Counted from the first letter of the stretch, positions 1 through 11,592 are shown. The stretch: 64,000 nucleotides of DNA from an uncultured Nitrososphaeraceae archaeon (GCA_963765895.1 CAVXZB010000019.1:377301-441300); one strand, 5' to 3'. Notes: generated by a model from the letters alone, not told the origin. A program made the numbers and translations.

Positions 1-17
1 TGCTTACTTCAATATCG

Positions 18-2408
18 GTGGATCAGAGTTTGGGCTCTCTCGTGATGGCGAACGGTCCCCAGGCTGCGACGAAGGGTCCATTTATTGATAGTGCAAGATT
101 TATTCAGTATCTGGATGATAACACAGCCTTGCAGGAAATGAAGAGACGCGGAATTGACACTTACTATTTCCGAGTACCACTTGAGGTTGTGTCTGACCTG
201 AAGCAGGATCCAGACCTTGTGGTGTACAACAGAATGGCTGGATCGTTTGGAATTTTATTAAACCCTGCTCCTCCTAAGAGCAACGATACCCTTAATCCCT
301 TTTACTTCAGAGGGGTAAGATATGCAGTAAACTATCTTGTTAATAGAGAATTTGTGGTAGATGAGATCCTCAAGGGCTACGGCACACCTATGGTAGATCC
401 CTTCGGCGTTTATTCTCCAGAATATCAGAATATAATCGGATCAGTAGAATCACTTGGTCTTAGATACAATCCGGTATTAGCAGACAAGATCATTACGAGT
501 ATACTAAATTCCGCTGGCGCCATAAAGCAGGCTGGAAAGTGGACCTTCAAAGGCAATCCGATAGTCATAAAGGTCTTGATTAGAAGCGATGACCCGGAAA
601 GGAGATCAATGGGCGAACTTGTTTCCTCTGAATTTCAGAAGATCGGATTTTCAGTTATAAAAGATTATGGAGATTTGAACAAAGCTAATACAATTGTGTA
701 TGGATCAGATCCCCAAGATTTTCAGTGGAACGTTTATACAGAAGCCTACGCAGGGACATCGGCATTTGTTAAATATAATCCGTCTGTAACTTCTCAAATG
801 TATGCTCCGTATGCCGGTAACATGCCTGGTGGACAGAATCCGAGCTTTTGGCATTATCAAAATTCAACAATTGATAAGCTGGCTCAACATATTGCCTTCT
901 TTAATTTTACGTCTTCAAACGAAAGGAATGACTTGGTTCGAAATGCGACCCTAAACGGAATTCAAGAGTCAGTCCGCATTTTCGTTGCACAGCTAATTGA
1001 ACCATACGTTGCAGTATCATCCGTCAAAGGCCTTATAAACGATTTTGGGGCCGGAATAACAAGTAAGTATTCATTGTCGAATGCTAGGACCAATAAGACT
1101 ACCAATTCACTTGATATTGGCGTCAAGCAAATTTATCAAGGGGCGTGGAATAACATTGCAGGATGTAAGGATGCCTATTGCTCAGAGATTTATACGCAAC
1201 TGGCAGACAGTGCCACCTTTAGGAATCCATACACAGGTGACGTGATTCCTATGAGAGAAGTCTGGACCAATATAACAACTTTAGGACCACATCATAAGAT
1301 GCATGTGCCAGATGATGTTCGTATCTGGAATCCAGTCATTCAGAGATGGACTGGATTAGGGAAAAATGACTCTGCCATGAGTAAAGTTATTTTTAAGGCA
1401 TTATTTTCGAAATGGCACAACGGAATTATGATGGATAAGGCAGATGTATTATATCCTCTTTACTTCACCTTTGAATGGGGAACTAATACTGGGAATGCGG
1501 ATAGGACATACGATCCTGAATATAGTGCTGCTGCTCAAGTTGCCCTCCCACTTATTAAGGGTGTTAAATTTGATTCTAATAATACATTCGAATCTTATAT
1601 CGACCAATGGCATTATGATAAGAATGAAATAGCTGACTCAGCGGCTGTCTGGCCTTCTGAGCCTTGGGAGATCACTGCCGCGACAGAAAGGCTCGTGATG
1701 TCTGGAAAATTTGCATTTTCGAAGGGAGAGGCCTCGGCTAAAAACATTGATTGGTTATCGCTAATTGTCCCCTCGCACGCAGATGCGATAAAAATTGAAT
1801 TGCAGAAAATGAAAAAGGAGGGGTATGTTCCAAATCCCTTAAAGGGTTTGATAAGCGTGGCTGAGGCTCAAAAAAGATACGACGCCACTATAAACTGGAT
1901 TGAAATGCATCGAAATGCGGTGGTTAGCAATGGTCCGTTTTATCTTGATTCCTACAATCCAGAGGGCGGCGTTATAACGATAAAGGCTTTTAGAGACTCA
2001 TCTTACCCTTTTCAGAAAGGTCATTGGTCAGTCTACGAGTACCCGAAGATCGCTTCATTGGATAAGATTCAAGCCCCGCAATTCGCAACAATAGGAAAGC
2101 CCTTAAAAATTGTATTGAATGTCTCTGAAAATGGAAGGCCAACAAGCGACGCGTTGGTGAATTATTTTATCTCGGATTGGCGGGGTCGAGTTATACTCAG
2201 CGGGAGGGCCGAGCCGCAGCCCGCACCAACGGCAGTCGATGAAGCTTCGGATCACCCGAAGGGTTCATATGAGATAAATCTGAACTCTAGTACCACGGCA
2301 AAATTTCCGTTTGGACCAAATCTTATAAAGATATTCGCAACTGGAAAAGAAGCTTTTAGACCTGACATATACACTAGAACGATATTGGCTGTGAAGGCCT
2401 CTACTTAG
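18..2408 (+). CDS. dppA: ABC transporter substrate-binding protein, peptide/nickel (family 5); probably starts upstream of the window
   Basis: Family-5 SBP motifs (NPFYFRGVRYAVNYLVNRE, SNGPFYLDSY); frame is open back to the window edge; followed by two peptide-ABC permeases. Confidence 0.85.
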   Translation: MDQSLGSLVMANGPQAATKGPFIDSARFIQYLDDNTALQEMKRRGIDTYYFRVPLEVVSDLKQDPDLVVYNRMAGSFGILLNPAPPKSNDTLNPFYFRGVRYAVNYLVNREFVVDEILKGYGTPMVDPFGVYSPEYQNIIGSVESLGLRYNPVLADKIITSILNSAGAIKQAGKWTFKGNPIVIKVLIRSDDPERRSMGELVSSEFQKIGFSVIKDYGDLNKANTIVYGSDPQDFQWNVYTEAYAGTSAFVKYNPSVTSQMYAPYAGNMPGGQNPSFWHYQNSTIDKLAQHIAFFNFTSSNERNDLVRNATLNGIQESVRIFVAQLIEPYVAVSSVKGLINDFGAGITSKYSLSNARTNKTTNSLDIGVKQIYQGAWNNIAGCKDAYCSEIYTQLADSATFRNPYTGDVIPMREVWTNITTLGPHHKMHVPDDVRIWNPVIQRWTGLGKNDSAMSKVIFKALFSKWHNGIMMDKADVLYPLYFTFEWGTNTGNADRTYDPEYSAAAQVALPLIKGVKFDSNNTFESYIDQWHYDKNEIADSAAVWPSEPWEITAATERLVMSGKFAFSKGEASAKNIDWLSLIVPSHADAIKIELQKMKKEGYVPNPLKGLISVAEAQKRYDATINWIEMHRNAVVSNGPFYLDSYNPEGGVITIKAFRDSSYPFQKGHWSVYEYPKIASLDKIQAPQFATIGKPLKIVLNVSENGRPTSDALVNYFISDWRGRVILSGRAEPQPAPTAVDEASDHPKGSYEINLNSSTTAKFPFGPNLIKIFATGKEAFRPDIYTRTILAVKAST

Positions 2409-2482
2409 TGAAGAATACTTAACACATTTAGGAGATCTGCAGATTAACTCCGAATGAAAAGCAATATTAGAATCATCTAGTT

Positions 2483-3561
2483 ATGAAATTAGGGGTAAAG
2501 GGAGTAAATAGGTCTATGGGATTTCGATATTTTCTGATCAAGAGATCAATAAACATGATTCTTGTTGTATTTTTTACCCTTATTATTACAATCGCGATTC
2601 TTGGCTCTACAATAGACAAAATTCTAATTAACTCTGTCAGATACGATGCAGTAAATGCGATAAGCCAATCCAAATTCCATTTTCAATCTCTCAAAGAAAG
2701 ACAAACCTATGTTGAGACCCAAATTACCCAAAATATCAAGTCCTTAGGATTGGATGAACCATGGTACATCACCTAAACGCTTTTTTAATACCTTATCTAA
2801 AATTGTGACTCTAGATTTAGGAAGGTCTAATTTTTTCACCACTGACTCAGGTTCTTCTAAGGTCAAGGACATAATAATGGAAAGATTGCCAAAAACAATT
2901 CTGCTATTTAGTAGTTCAACAGTAATTGTTAGTATTATAGGAATATATCTCGGCGCATTCATATCTGATCGATCAGGATCGATCACGGATAAGGTCAATT
3001 CATTCTCTGCAGTTCTTAGTAACAGCTTCCCATCCTGGTGGATAGGTATGCTTATGATATTTGTATTTGCCTTTGTCTATCCGATATTTCCTGCTCGCTC
3101 CACCCCCACGAGTTCTCCTTCGGATCCATATTACATACTTGATCTCTTGTACCATATGTTGTTGCCATTGATCACTCTGGTCTTGGTCAGCATAAGTGCT
3201 TGGGCATATATTGTACGCTATTATCTAATTAGAATTAGACATGAGGATTTTATACTCTCCAAAAAGGCAATAGGAATATCAAAGAAAAAAATCTTATACT
3301 CGCACATGTTAAAAAATGCTGCTCCGCCTATCATAACCTCCGTGGCATTAAGTTTGGCGGCTTCTTTTGGTGGCGCAATTATAATAGAATCTGTATTCGA
3401 CTGGCCAGGAATGGGTAAACTGTACCTATGATGCTATCGCCGTCAACGATGTTCCCATCATCTTAGGCAACACTTACATTTTTTCGATAATATTTGTTGT
3501 TACGATATTCGTCACCGATATTGCCTATGGTTTTTTTGATCCTCGGGTGAAAGTTGGATAG
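2483..3561 (+). CDS. dppB: Peptide ABC permease DppB/OppB, split by two apparent +1 frameshifts (about 2768 and 3426)
   Basis: ORFs 2483-2776 and 2754-3431, plus a third-frame tail YDAIAVNDVPIILG...DIAYGFFDPRVKVG* ending at TAG 3559-3561; ESVFDWPGMG motif. Confidence 0.85.
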
Positions 3562-3633
3562 TTGATTGCAGGTACGGGATGCGTAGGTCAATGATAGTTC
3601 GATTTCCTAAATTCATCCTTTTTCAGGTCGAAA

Positions 3634-5058
3634 TTGGAGAAAATCCTTTCCTTCTCAAAACTTCACTTTCTAATTCAAATCCTAAATTCCAAGACTGCCA
3701 TTTCAGGCCTATCCATCTTGATGATTCTGATTGCTATGACAATCTATGCAGTTATCGCAATCCCACTCGAATCATTTAAGCAATGGAACAATCCTAATTA
3801 CTGGATCGACTATCCAAAGGCTGCCGCTCCATCTTGGACCAATCTAGGTCTATTTGGTCCAAGATACTCAGAGCATATAATTCTAGGCACTCACGACGCC
3901 AGAGTCTATTCTGGATCAGAAAATGGCATTCATATCATTTCTCATACTTATTCTGTAGATTTCAAATATGATTCTTATCCTACAGACTTTATGATACCAT
4001 ACTCGGTAAAGTACGGACTAGTGCCGCCTGCTATGGAGGTGAAAGTATTACGACCAGATGGCTATACATTTAAAATATATGATACAGCACTGCCGCCAGG
4101 ATCGCCTCAGCAGTCTTTGAATCCCAATTATTCGACAGACAATTACAACGAATATTCAGGTCGAATTTTTTCGACAGACTATTTAATAAGTAAGAATCTG
4201 CGTGATTACCTTGGTCTCTTTGCATATCCGCAAGACGAATCAAGCCCTCAAGTTATGATCTTTTCTGAACTTAATTCGAAGAAAGTGCTGAAGGGTGTCT
4301 ATAAATTTGAAGAGACGTTTTACTTTTTCAATGACACTGACAAAGTAAATGAATCAGGCCTGGTTTTAGGTGGCACAGTTTATGGCTTAATGGGCACTGA
4401 CGATCTGAGAAGGGATCTTAGTATAGGAATATTCTGGGGAACACCGGTTGCACTTTTTATCGGAGTCACTGTGTCTCTATCATCAGTATTCATCGGCCTC
4501 ATCTACGGGGTCATAGCAGGTTATAAGGGTAAGAGAACTGACGAAGCGCTTATGCGGGTTAATGATCTGATAGTTTTTCTACCAGCTCTTCCAATACTGA
4601 TCCTAATAACTGCAACATTAGGTAGGAGCATATTTATAATTACTGTATTACTAGTAATTTTTGGCTGGGCTGGGGCTACTAGGGTTTCTAGGAGTCTGGC
4701 ACTCCAGATAAAAAATCTTCAATACGTAGAAGCAGCAAGAATAATGGGTGCTTCTGATATGAGGATCATTTTCAAACATCTTATACCTCAATTGCTTCCG
4801 TTAACGTTCGCTAGCATTGCAATTGCTGTACCTGGCGCTATATTGGCTGAAGCTGCATTAAGTTTTCTAGGATTGGGCGATCCTACCATTCCCACATGGG
4901 GTCAGATTTTACACGATGCTAATTCCGCAGATGCTGCTGCAAGAGGGCTATGGTGGTGGATCATTCCACCAGGTATGATGATTGCTTTAACAGGCTTGTC
5001 ATTTGCTCTGATTGGAAAAGCTATCGAGACTAATACAGACCCTTTACACAGATCATAA
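3634..5058 (+). CDS. dppC: Peptide ABC permease DppC/OppC with a large extracytoplasmic insertion
   Basis: GLMGTDDLRRD, EAA loop YVEAARIMGASDMRIIFKHLIP, EAALSFLGLGDP, WWWIIPPG. Confidence 0.9.
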   Translation: MEKILSFSKLHFLIQILNSKTAISGLSILMILIAMTIYAVIAIPLESFKQWNNPNYWIDYPKAAAPSWTNLGLFGPRYSEHIILGTHDARVYSGSENGIHIISHTYSVDFKYDSYPTDFMIPYSVKYGLVPPAMEVKVLRPDGYTFKIYDTALPPGSPQQSLNPNYSTDNYNEYSGRIFSTDYLISKNLRDYLGLFAYPQDESSPQVMIFSELNSKKVLKGVYKFEETFYFFNDTDKVNESGLVLGGTVYGLMGTDDLRRDLSIGIFWGTPVALFIGVTVSLSSVFIGLIYGVIAGYKGKRTDEALMRVNDLIVFLPALPILILITATLGRSIFIITVLLVIFGWAGATRVSRSLALQIKNLQYVEAARIMGASDMRIIFKHLIPQLLPLTFASIAIAVPGAILAEAALSFLGLGDPTIPTWGQILHDANSADAAARGLWWWIIPPGMMIALTGLSFALIGKAIETNTDPLHRS

Positions 5059-5482
5059 AATTCGACAAAATTATCTACTTTATATTGATAGTAATAGTGC
5101 TTGAATCTTTGGCTAGCCATTTGAAGGTGAATTGATACCAACATGAGAATCACCATCATTAAAGTAATGGATGCGAATCAGTAATGAGATAGAGGCAGGT
5201 CAAATCGTATTAGATTCGCCTGAGATGACATAATCTACACCACACATCATAGATGAATCACAATATCAAAGATAAGTAGAATGCAAATATAATCTAATTT
5301 GTAACTCTTAGCATTATGAATGCCTATTTCAAAAAACACGCCATTCCAGTTATTATTATATACCTTTACTATTCTTAGATAACATAGTACTTTCCCAAAT
5401 CAAATTCCAGGCTACGTAGAACACGTTCCAGCTATTTAAGACCCTCATACAATTCTAATTTTTTGGTACAATACTATGGTTT

Positions 5483-6007
5483 TTATTCATTGTCGCTATG
5501 CATTATTCTAAGCGCAAAGCGCTCACCGTTCCTATCAAATGCAGCTATAGTAGTATCATCATAAGGATAGTTGATGATTATTGATACAAGTCCAAAATAA
5601 TTATTAAGATCTTCTAGTGAAGGACTATTCGAACTCCCCGGATGCGAGTGAGCAGTCCCAATATATGACAAATCGAATGGTAGGTCGTAAACAGGAAAAC
5701 CTGAATAATATGGCCCATGCGAAGAAAAGGGTGGAACTACTAATCCGTCTATCATAATCTCTGCCTTCTTACTTCTGCCTCTCAAAATTAGTATTCCTTC
5801 GTAAGGATGCCACATTTTTGCATAAGTGATGATGCCATCAGCACTCTTTCTGGTCAAAACTACTTCCTTACGTGGCCTTTCTACGTTGTTGTCTTTTCTA
5901 CGGAAAAAGAGCAATGATGTGATAGGAGGGGATATCACAAATATTTTAGTATTGCTCATGCTGATGTTTGTTGCTTGTAAAACTAGCTCCAGGAATTGAC
6001 TAACCAT
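5483..6007 (-). CDS. JAMM/MPN+ (Mov34) zinc metalloprotease; true start may be downstream, near LFFRRK
   Basis: E...HSHPGSSNSPSLED matches the E-xn-HxH-x7-S-x2-D JAMM motif. Confidence 0.85.
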   Translation of the reverse strand: MVSQFLELVLQATNISMSNTKIFVISPPITSLLFFRRKDNNVERPRKEVVLTRKSADGIITYAKMWHPYEGILILRGRSKKAEIMIDGLVVPPFSSHGPYYSGFPVYDLPFDLSYIGTAHSHPGSSNSPSLEDLNNYFGLVSIIINYPYDDTTIAAFDRNGERFALRIMHSDNE

Positions 6008-6057
6008 CGCGCATCATAATGAATAATAACTAGTTGCTACAGGTATCTGTATAATAA

Positions 6058-6372
6058 TTGCACGTGAAAAAAAGTCTTTCCTCGCGAGATGAAATATTGG
6101 TTCGCAGGGGCACTGTTTCAAATGATATGGATGGTACTCCGTTATTTATTAATGAGAAATGCGAAGGATATAGAGTCAATGATACCGCAGTTTCGCTATG
6201 GAATATGTGTAACGGCATAACATTTGATGAACTGAAGGAAGAGGTCCTGCGTATTTCAAATGACAATGAAGAAAATGTTAGTTTGGCACTAGGAGAGATG
6301 GTTGAACAGCTAAAAAAGGTATCGGTATTGGACACAAAGCAAGTTAAACATGATTCCCGTATTCTTCGCTAG
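6058..6372 (+). CDS. PqqD-family / RiPP recognition element-like protein
   Basis: Three-strand/three-helix pattern with the PqqD-like signature YRVNDTAVSLWNMCNGITFDEL...VEQLKKVSVL. Confidence 0.65.
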   Translation: MHVKKSLSSRDEILVRRGTVSNDMDGTPLFINEKCEGYRVNDTAVSLWNMCNGITFDELKEEVLRISNDNEENVSLALGEMVEQLKKVSVLDTKQVKHDSRILR

Positions 6373-6454
6373 TTCGACTAAATAAAAACTCGCTTATTCC
6401 TTACAGTCGTCTGCGGTTATCTTTTTTAGTGTCTGCTGTGATCAAATAGAATTA

Positions 6455-7753
6455 ATGGTCATTGCTAGTTCTGTTTATTTAGTCTTATCCGAGTTGGGCC
6501 TCGCCGCCTTTGGCGAAAACAACGAGCCAATATCCTCTATAAAATTTAATGATCCAGTAAGTGCTTTTAGGCTAATTCGAAGATCGGAAGCACCTGAAGA
6601 GCTTTTAGTTTTTATTAATAGACTAGATGGGTTTGAAACAGTACTTGTAAATGACCTAGCGATAAAGTCGATTCTAGAGAGACGTGGTATACGCAGTGAC
6701 GTGATGTCAAATGAGCTTATATCTAGATATCAAGCCAATAGACCAGAAATGCTAGTGAAGGCGAACTTGGCCGATAGCACATATGATGCGATAACTAGGC
6801 TGAGAGAATTTGCCATTTTGCTGTCATCTAATACGGTAAAGGAGACCTCCGAGCGCCTAGATCTACATTTGATTCAGTCTATCAATGCACTAGACGAGTT
6901 TGATAAACTTGTCAATGTCGTCGGCTCAAGACTACGCGAGTGGTATGGATTACATTTTCCTGAATTGGACAACCTAGTTCAAAGTCTTAATGCGTACGCT
7001 ATAATTGTTCGTGAAGCCGGTCAACGGGAGAATATAACTCGACAAATTTTGGAAAGTGCGGGAATGCAAGAAAAAAAGATCGATATTATATTGGATGCAA
7101 AAAAACGGAGTAAGGGTGGAGATATCGTCGAAAATAACCTCCAGATTGTTAAGAAGCTCGCCGATGAAGTTATTAGCCAATCTCGTTTACGTGATGTTCT
7201 CGCGGAACATGTGGAAGTCTTAATGACAGATTTGGCCCCAAATACAAAGGAATTATTGACTGCAACTGTAGGCGCAAGAATGATCGCTAAAGCCGGAAGC
7301 TTTACTAAGTTTGCGCACTTACCTGCCAGCACCGTTCAAATTTTGGGAGCAGAGAAGGCGCTGTTCAGATCACTGAAGACCGGAGCGAGACCGCCTAAAC
7401 ACGGCCTTTTGTTTCAACATCCCCTTATCCATTCTGCACCCAGATGGCAGCGTGGGAAGATTGCCAGAACTGTGGCTTCAAAAGTGTCAATAGTGGCAAG
7501 AATTGATCTTTATCGTCATGGTGAAAGGGACTATTCGATCCTCGACAAAATGAATTCAAGAATAGCAGAAATTCAAGAGAAATATAAGAACCCACCGTTG
7601 AATGAGAATAGTTTTGGAAAGTATCAAGAGATGGGTCATAGACCGTTTCGAGATCATCGAACAGGTGGTCCTGGCGGCAGAATGGGAAGAAAGGATAGTA
7701 GATCAAAAAGGAGAGACCGGCGACCGCACGGGAGAAAGAGGAAAAAATTCTAG
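6455..7753 (+). CDS. nop5: Box C/D sRNP protein Nop5 (Nop56/58)
   Basis: LREWYGLHFPEL, PASTVQILGAEKALF, PPKHGLLFQHP, RGKIAR, basic tail; adjacent to fibrillarin. Confidence 0.95.
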   Translation: MVIASSVYLVLSELGLAAFGENNEPISSIKFNDPVSAFRLIRRSEAPEELLVFINRLDGFETVLVNDLAIKSILERRGIRSDVMSNELISRYQANRPEMLVKANLADSTYDAITRLREFAILLSSNTVKETSERLDLHLIQSINALDEFDKLVNVVGSRLREWYGLHFPELDNLVQSLNAYAIIVREAGQRENITRQILESAGMQEKKIDIILDAKKRSKGGDIVENNLQIVKKLADEVISQSRLRDVLAEHVEVLMTDLAPNTKELLTATVGARMIAKAGSFTKFAHLPASTVQILGAEKALFRSLKTGARPPKHGLLFQHPLIHSAPRWQRGKIARTVASKVSIVARIDLYRHGERDYSILDKMNSRIAEIQEKYKNPPLNENSFGKYQEMGHRPFRDHRTGGPGGRMGRKDSRSKRRDRRPHGRKRKKF

Positions 7754-7835
7754 ACACGGTTCATTAATATACTTAAAGGCATGATCGATTTATAATTGAT
7801 TTAAGATCTGATTTGTATAATGCAGAGATTTATTT

Positions 7836-8504
7836 ATGAGTATTTGGATTAGAGTCGAAGGCCAAAAACAGCTGGCTACGCCAAACCTTGTTGCCGGTGA
7901 GAGCATATATGGGGAGAAGTTGGTGAAGCAAAGCAACCAAGAATATCGTGTGTGGGATCCTTTTAGAAGTAAGCTGGCGGCAGCCCTAAAGAATGGCCTA
8001 AGTGCAAATACAATTCGTCCCGGGACAACTATTCTCTACTTGGGTGCATCGACAGGGACGACAGTCAGTCATGTTTCAGATATAGTTGGAAATACCGGGT
8101 TAGTTTTTGCTGTGGAATTGGCGAGTAGGGTTGGTAGAGAACTCATAGAAAATGTTGCAAGGAAGAGGAAGAATGTGGTTCCGATATTGGAAGATGCTAG
8201 GAGACCAAATTCATACTTTTCAATTTTTGGAAGGGTAGATGTTCTATACTGTGATATAGCACAGCAAGATCAGACCGAGATAGCTATTCAGAATAGTCAA
8301 AGCTTTCTAAAAGATGGTGGTTCAATTTTTTTAATAGTGAAGACCAGAAGTATAGACGTTATAGCGAATCCTAAGTTAGTAATACGTGACCAAGCAAAGA
8401 AACTAGAAGATAATGGATTTTCTGTAGAACAAGTAATTAATCTCGAGCCCTTTGACAAGGATCATGCCATCATAAGGGCAACTTACGATCATGTGCAAAA
8501 CTGA
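7836..8504 (+). CDS. flpA: Fibrillarin-like rRNA/tRNA 2'-O-methyltransferase
   Basis: YRVWDPFRSKLAA, LYLGASTGTTVSHVSDIVG, DIAQQDQ, LEPFDKDHA. Confidence 0.97.
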   Translation: MSIWIRVEGQKQLATPNLVAGESIYGEKLVKQSNQEYRVWDPFRSKLAAALKNGLSANTIRPGTTILYLGASTGTTVSHVSDIVGNTGLVFAVELASRVGRELIENVARKRKNVVPILEDARRPNSYFSIFGRVDVLYCDIAQQDQTEIAIQNSQSFLKDGGSIFLIVKTRSIDVIANPKLVIRDQAKKLEDNGFSVEQVINLEPFDKDHAIIRATYDHVQN

Positions 8505-9181
8505 TCTAATTGATCCTGTGAAATCCCAGTAGATTCCTTTAGAATCAATTTTACTGGTCTCCAGGATTTTCTTACGAAAGCGGGGGCTTCACCAAATCTC
8601 AATACCCAGTCTTTTATGAAATTAATTGTAAGTTTATCTGAGGGATAGCCGCTACCAATGTTGCTATGAGTCTTTCTTATTTCATAAATTTCACTATCTC
8701 TTATAACCTTGGCAATAATCGATGCCGCAGAAACAACTGCATTTAGAGCATCCGCATGATGAAAGGAATATAGTTGATATACTCGACCACGGGCGATGTG
8801 CGTCTCTAACAACGATGTGTACCTTAATGGGTTTACGTCGCAGCAATCCACATACACATTGTCTGGTTGAATGTCGCTGATAACTGCTGCCATAGCCTCA
8901 GCCTCAAGTTTATTGAGTCCCCTTAGACGCACACTTTCGTCAATTTCGTTGGGACTTAACACGCACAGGCAGATATAGTCTGCTATCCCGACGATTTTGC
9001 TAAACAGCCGGCGGCGCGATGTTCTGGTTAGAGTCTTAGAGTCCCTGAGATTTAAACTTCTGACTAAGCGTAGCTTTGATTCCTTTACACCGATTCCAGC
9101 TACAACTAAGGGGCCAATAACCGAGCCACGACCGGCTTCGTCAACGCCAGCAATCAGTTTGTCCCGCCTATTTATGTTCAT
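8489..9181 (-). CDS. rnhB: Ribonuclease HII
   Basis: GVDEAGRGSVIGP, RDSK, SAASIIAKVIRD, GSGYPSD, RKSW. Confidence 0.97.
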   Translation of the reverse strand: MNINRRDKLIAGVDEAGRGSVIGPLVVAGIGVKESKLRLVRSLNLRDSKTLTRTSRRRLFSKIVGIADYICLCVLSPNEIDESVRLRGLNKLEAEAMAAVISDIQPDNVYVDCCDVNPLRYTSLLETHIARGRVYQLYSFHHADALNAVVSAASIIAKVIRDSEIYEIRKTHSNIGSGYPSDKLTINFIKDWVLRFGEAPAFVRKSWRPVKLILKESTGISQDQLDQFCT

Positions 9182-9339
9182 ATAAACGAATGATAAATTG
9201 AGGTAACTGGTGAAACATATATTTTACGTATTAATATCACAATAGTGCTGTGATAGTAAGTGCATACCCTTGTTCCATGTGCAATCATCCAATTTCGTCT
9301 AATTACCGATACGATTATCAAAGTACACCCTGAGATCGA

Positions 9340-10702
9340 ATGGTAATTCAAGAGAATAATCAAGAATTTGTACAAATACAAGAAGAACAAACAAAGCTGT
9401 TAGTTCCCGTGTCATCGCTAACGGATGTAGTTCCATCAAAAAACCCGGCTTTTTTTAACAAGATGGCAAAGCTAAACCGAGATATTTCGATATTAGCATA
9501 TAGGGCTTTTGCTATAGAGGTTAAAGAATCCAGAAACCGATCAAATATGCTAAGTAATAACGGGTTTATGGAACTCTCAAATAACGAAGCAATCACGTTT
9601 GCGGACGCATTAAGCGGGACCGGTGCAAGGGCACTTAGAGTTGCAGTTGAGGCACCGGAAATTGCAGAAATATACATAAACGACATTAATCAACTGGCAG
9701 TAGATAATGCAAAATTGTCTGCAAAGATCAATAGCGTTGAGTATAAATGCTTTTTCAATTATAATGATGTTCACAAATTCTTAGCTGAACACAAAACGAA
9801 AGATGAAAGAAGGTTTGTGATTGCGGATTTAGATCCGTTCGGTAGTCCTACCCCCTATATCGACTCTTTATTACGATCGGTAAGGAACGGCGGTTTAATC
9901 TCGGTGACGGCTACAGATACTGCTGTGCTGTGTGGAGTATATCCAAAAGTATGCATCCGCAAGTACCTTGGAAGACCTATTAACAATGGTTTTTCAAATG
10001 AGACTGGAATACGGTTGCTTATATCTTTAATTTCGCTGATGGCTGCACGATTTGAATTTGTTGTAACGCCAATTTTTGTTCATGCGAATTTTCATTATCT
10101 TCGGGTTTACCTTACGATTGAGAGAAGCAGTAGCAAGGCAAATAAAATGCACGAAAACTTAGGATTTATTCAATATTGTTTCAGGTGTGGGAATAGAAAA
10201 AAAGTACCATTGAAACCTATCGCTTCTCAATTCGGCGTGGCAAAGGAGCACTGTGGCCTTTGTAGGGACGGCTTTTATGCAGTGGGAGGGCCCTTATGGG
10301 TCTCCACGCTCTTTGACAAGCAATATGTGAAAAAAATGAACGATCTGAGATCAACTGGCAGCAAATGTTGTTACTAGCGATAGTCCAGACATAAAGTTTG
10401 ACTACAACAATCAATTATTACATGAGGAAAAATTTTTAAGAGTGTCTCAGGAGCGACGAAAGAACAGTAGCATCGATCCTATACAGAAAAGTTTCGAAGT
10501 TGTGATCACAGAACTAGACTCTATTCCTTACTATTTTCGATCAGACGAGATATCATCTTATTTGAAAAGAAATCCTTTGCCGCTCAACTTAATACTAGAG
10601 AAGCTTGCCTCAAACGGATTCAATGCATCTAGAACAAGCCTAAACCCTGGAGCTTTCAAATCAGATGCACCACTATCCGAGATAATTAGTATTCTAAAAT
10701 AA
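9340..10702 (+). CDS. trm1: tRNA G26 N2,N2-dimethyltransferase Trm1, frameshifted near 10350
   Basis: FFN..AKLNRD, DALSGTGARALR, DLDPFGSP, VTATD, CxxC..CxxC, GPLW; shifted frame reads AANVVTSD... continuously into ORF 10442-10702 (ASRT...KSDAP). Confidence 0.92.
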
Positions 10703-10856
10703 AAGGTTTCAAGTTGGCGTTTTGAAATTAAGTTTAATTTTATTCTCGCATAAGAAGTATGACAGAGTTATGTCTGCTCCTACCTGCTTTTGGTCTCTGC
10801 CTAGACCTTACCTCATGCTAAATCTATTATTTTAAATGACGTCTGAGATTCGATCA

Positions 10857-11096
10857 TCATAAGGGATTTGCTTTTTCCTTTAAAAATAGTAGTACCGCTC
10901 GGCCATTCGCCTCGCTGTAACAACCCCTAAACCTAAACCCCGCGTTGCGAATCATGCCCCCCACAAAATTGGAAAGGATCTGTTGGGGCTTTACTATTAA
11001 GAGCATCCCATAAGGACTGGTTTGAATGTCAGCATGGTAACCTTCGATGAGGATTTTTCCTAACAGTTCTATTGGTCTCATAGCGTGTTGAATCAA
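10857..11096 (-). CDS. Hypothetical protein
   Basis: 79-aa ORF in otherwise intergenic space; no motif recognised. Confidence 0.4.
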   Translation of the reverse strand: MIQHAMRPIELLGKILIEGYHADIQTSPYGMLLIVKPQQILSNFVGGMIRNAGFRFRGCYSEANGRAVLLFLKEKANPL

Positions 11097-11592
11097 TGTG
11101 AGATAGTCGCTACTGATCTTTCCATTGTTGTAAAAAACCGCTTACTCTATCCGGATGCGCAATTAAGTCTAAATTAGTTTTCTTACCCATAAATTGGTAT
11201 TTATCACCAGGCGTAAAATGCCTATATATCAAGTTATGAGGAAAATTACCTTGTTGTGACAATTTTATTTTAATAGGTCGCGGCGGCTCGGAACAAAGGG
11301 TGTTTCAATTCAAGTGACATGACTACAATATATTCCCTTATTCTGACTGTGGGCTAGTTCAATGTCCAATCGAAATTCCAAGAGATTGGATTATCTTTAA
11401 CTTTAGTCTTCACGTGATGATATTAACCACTGAAGATTTTATTGTGAAATAAGGATGTACTGTGGACATAATTTAATATGGTTAACGGTATTATGTGAGA
11501 TCCTGAGGAGTAACAAATCTTGGATGCCAGATTTGATCACGGGATAGGAATAAATCCTACCGCCTGATACAAAGCCATGAATCGAAGAAGTC

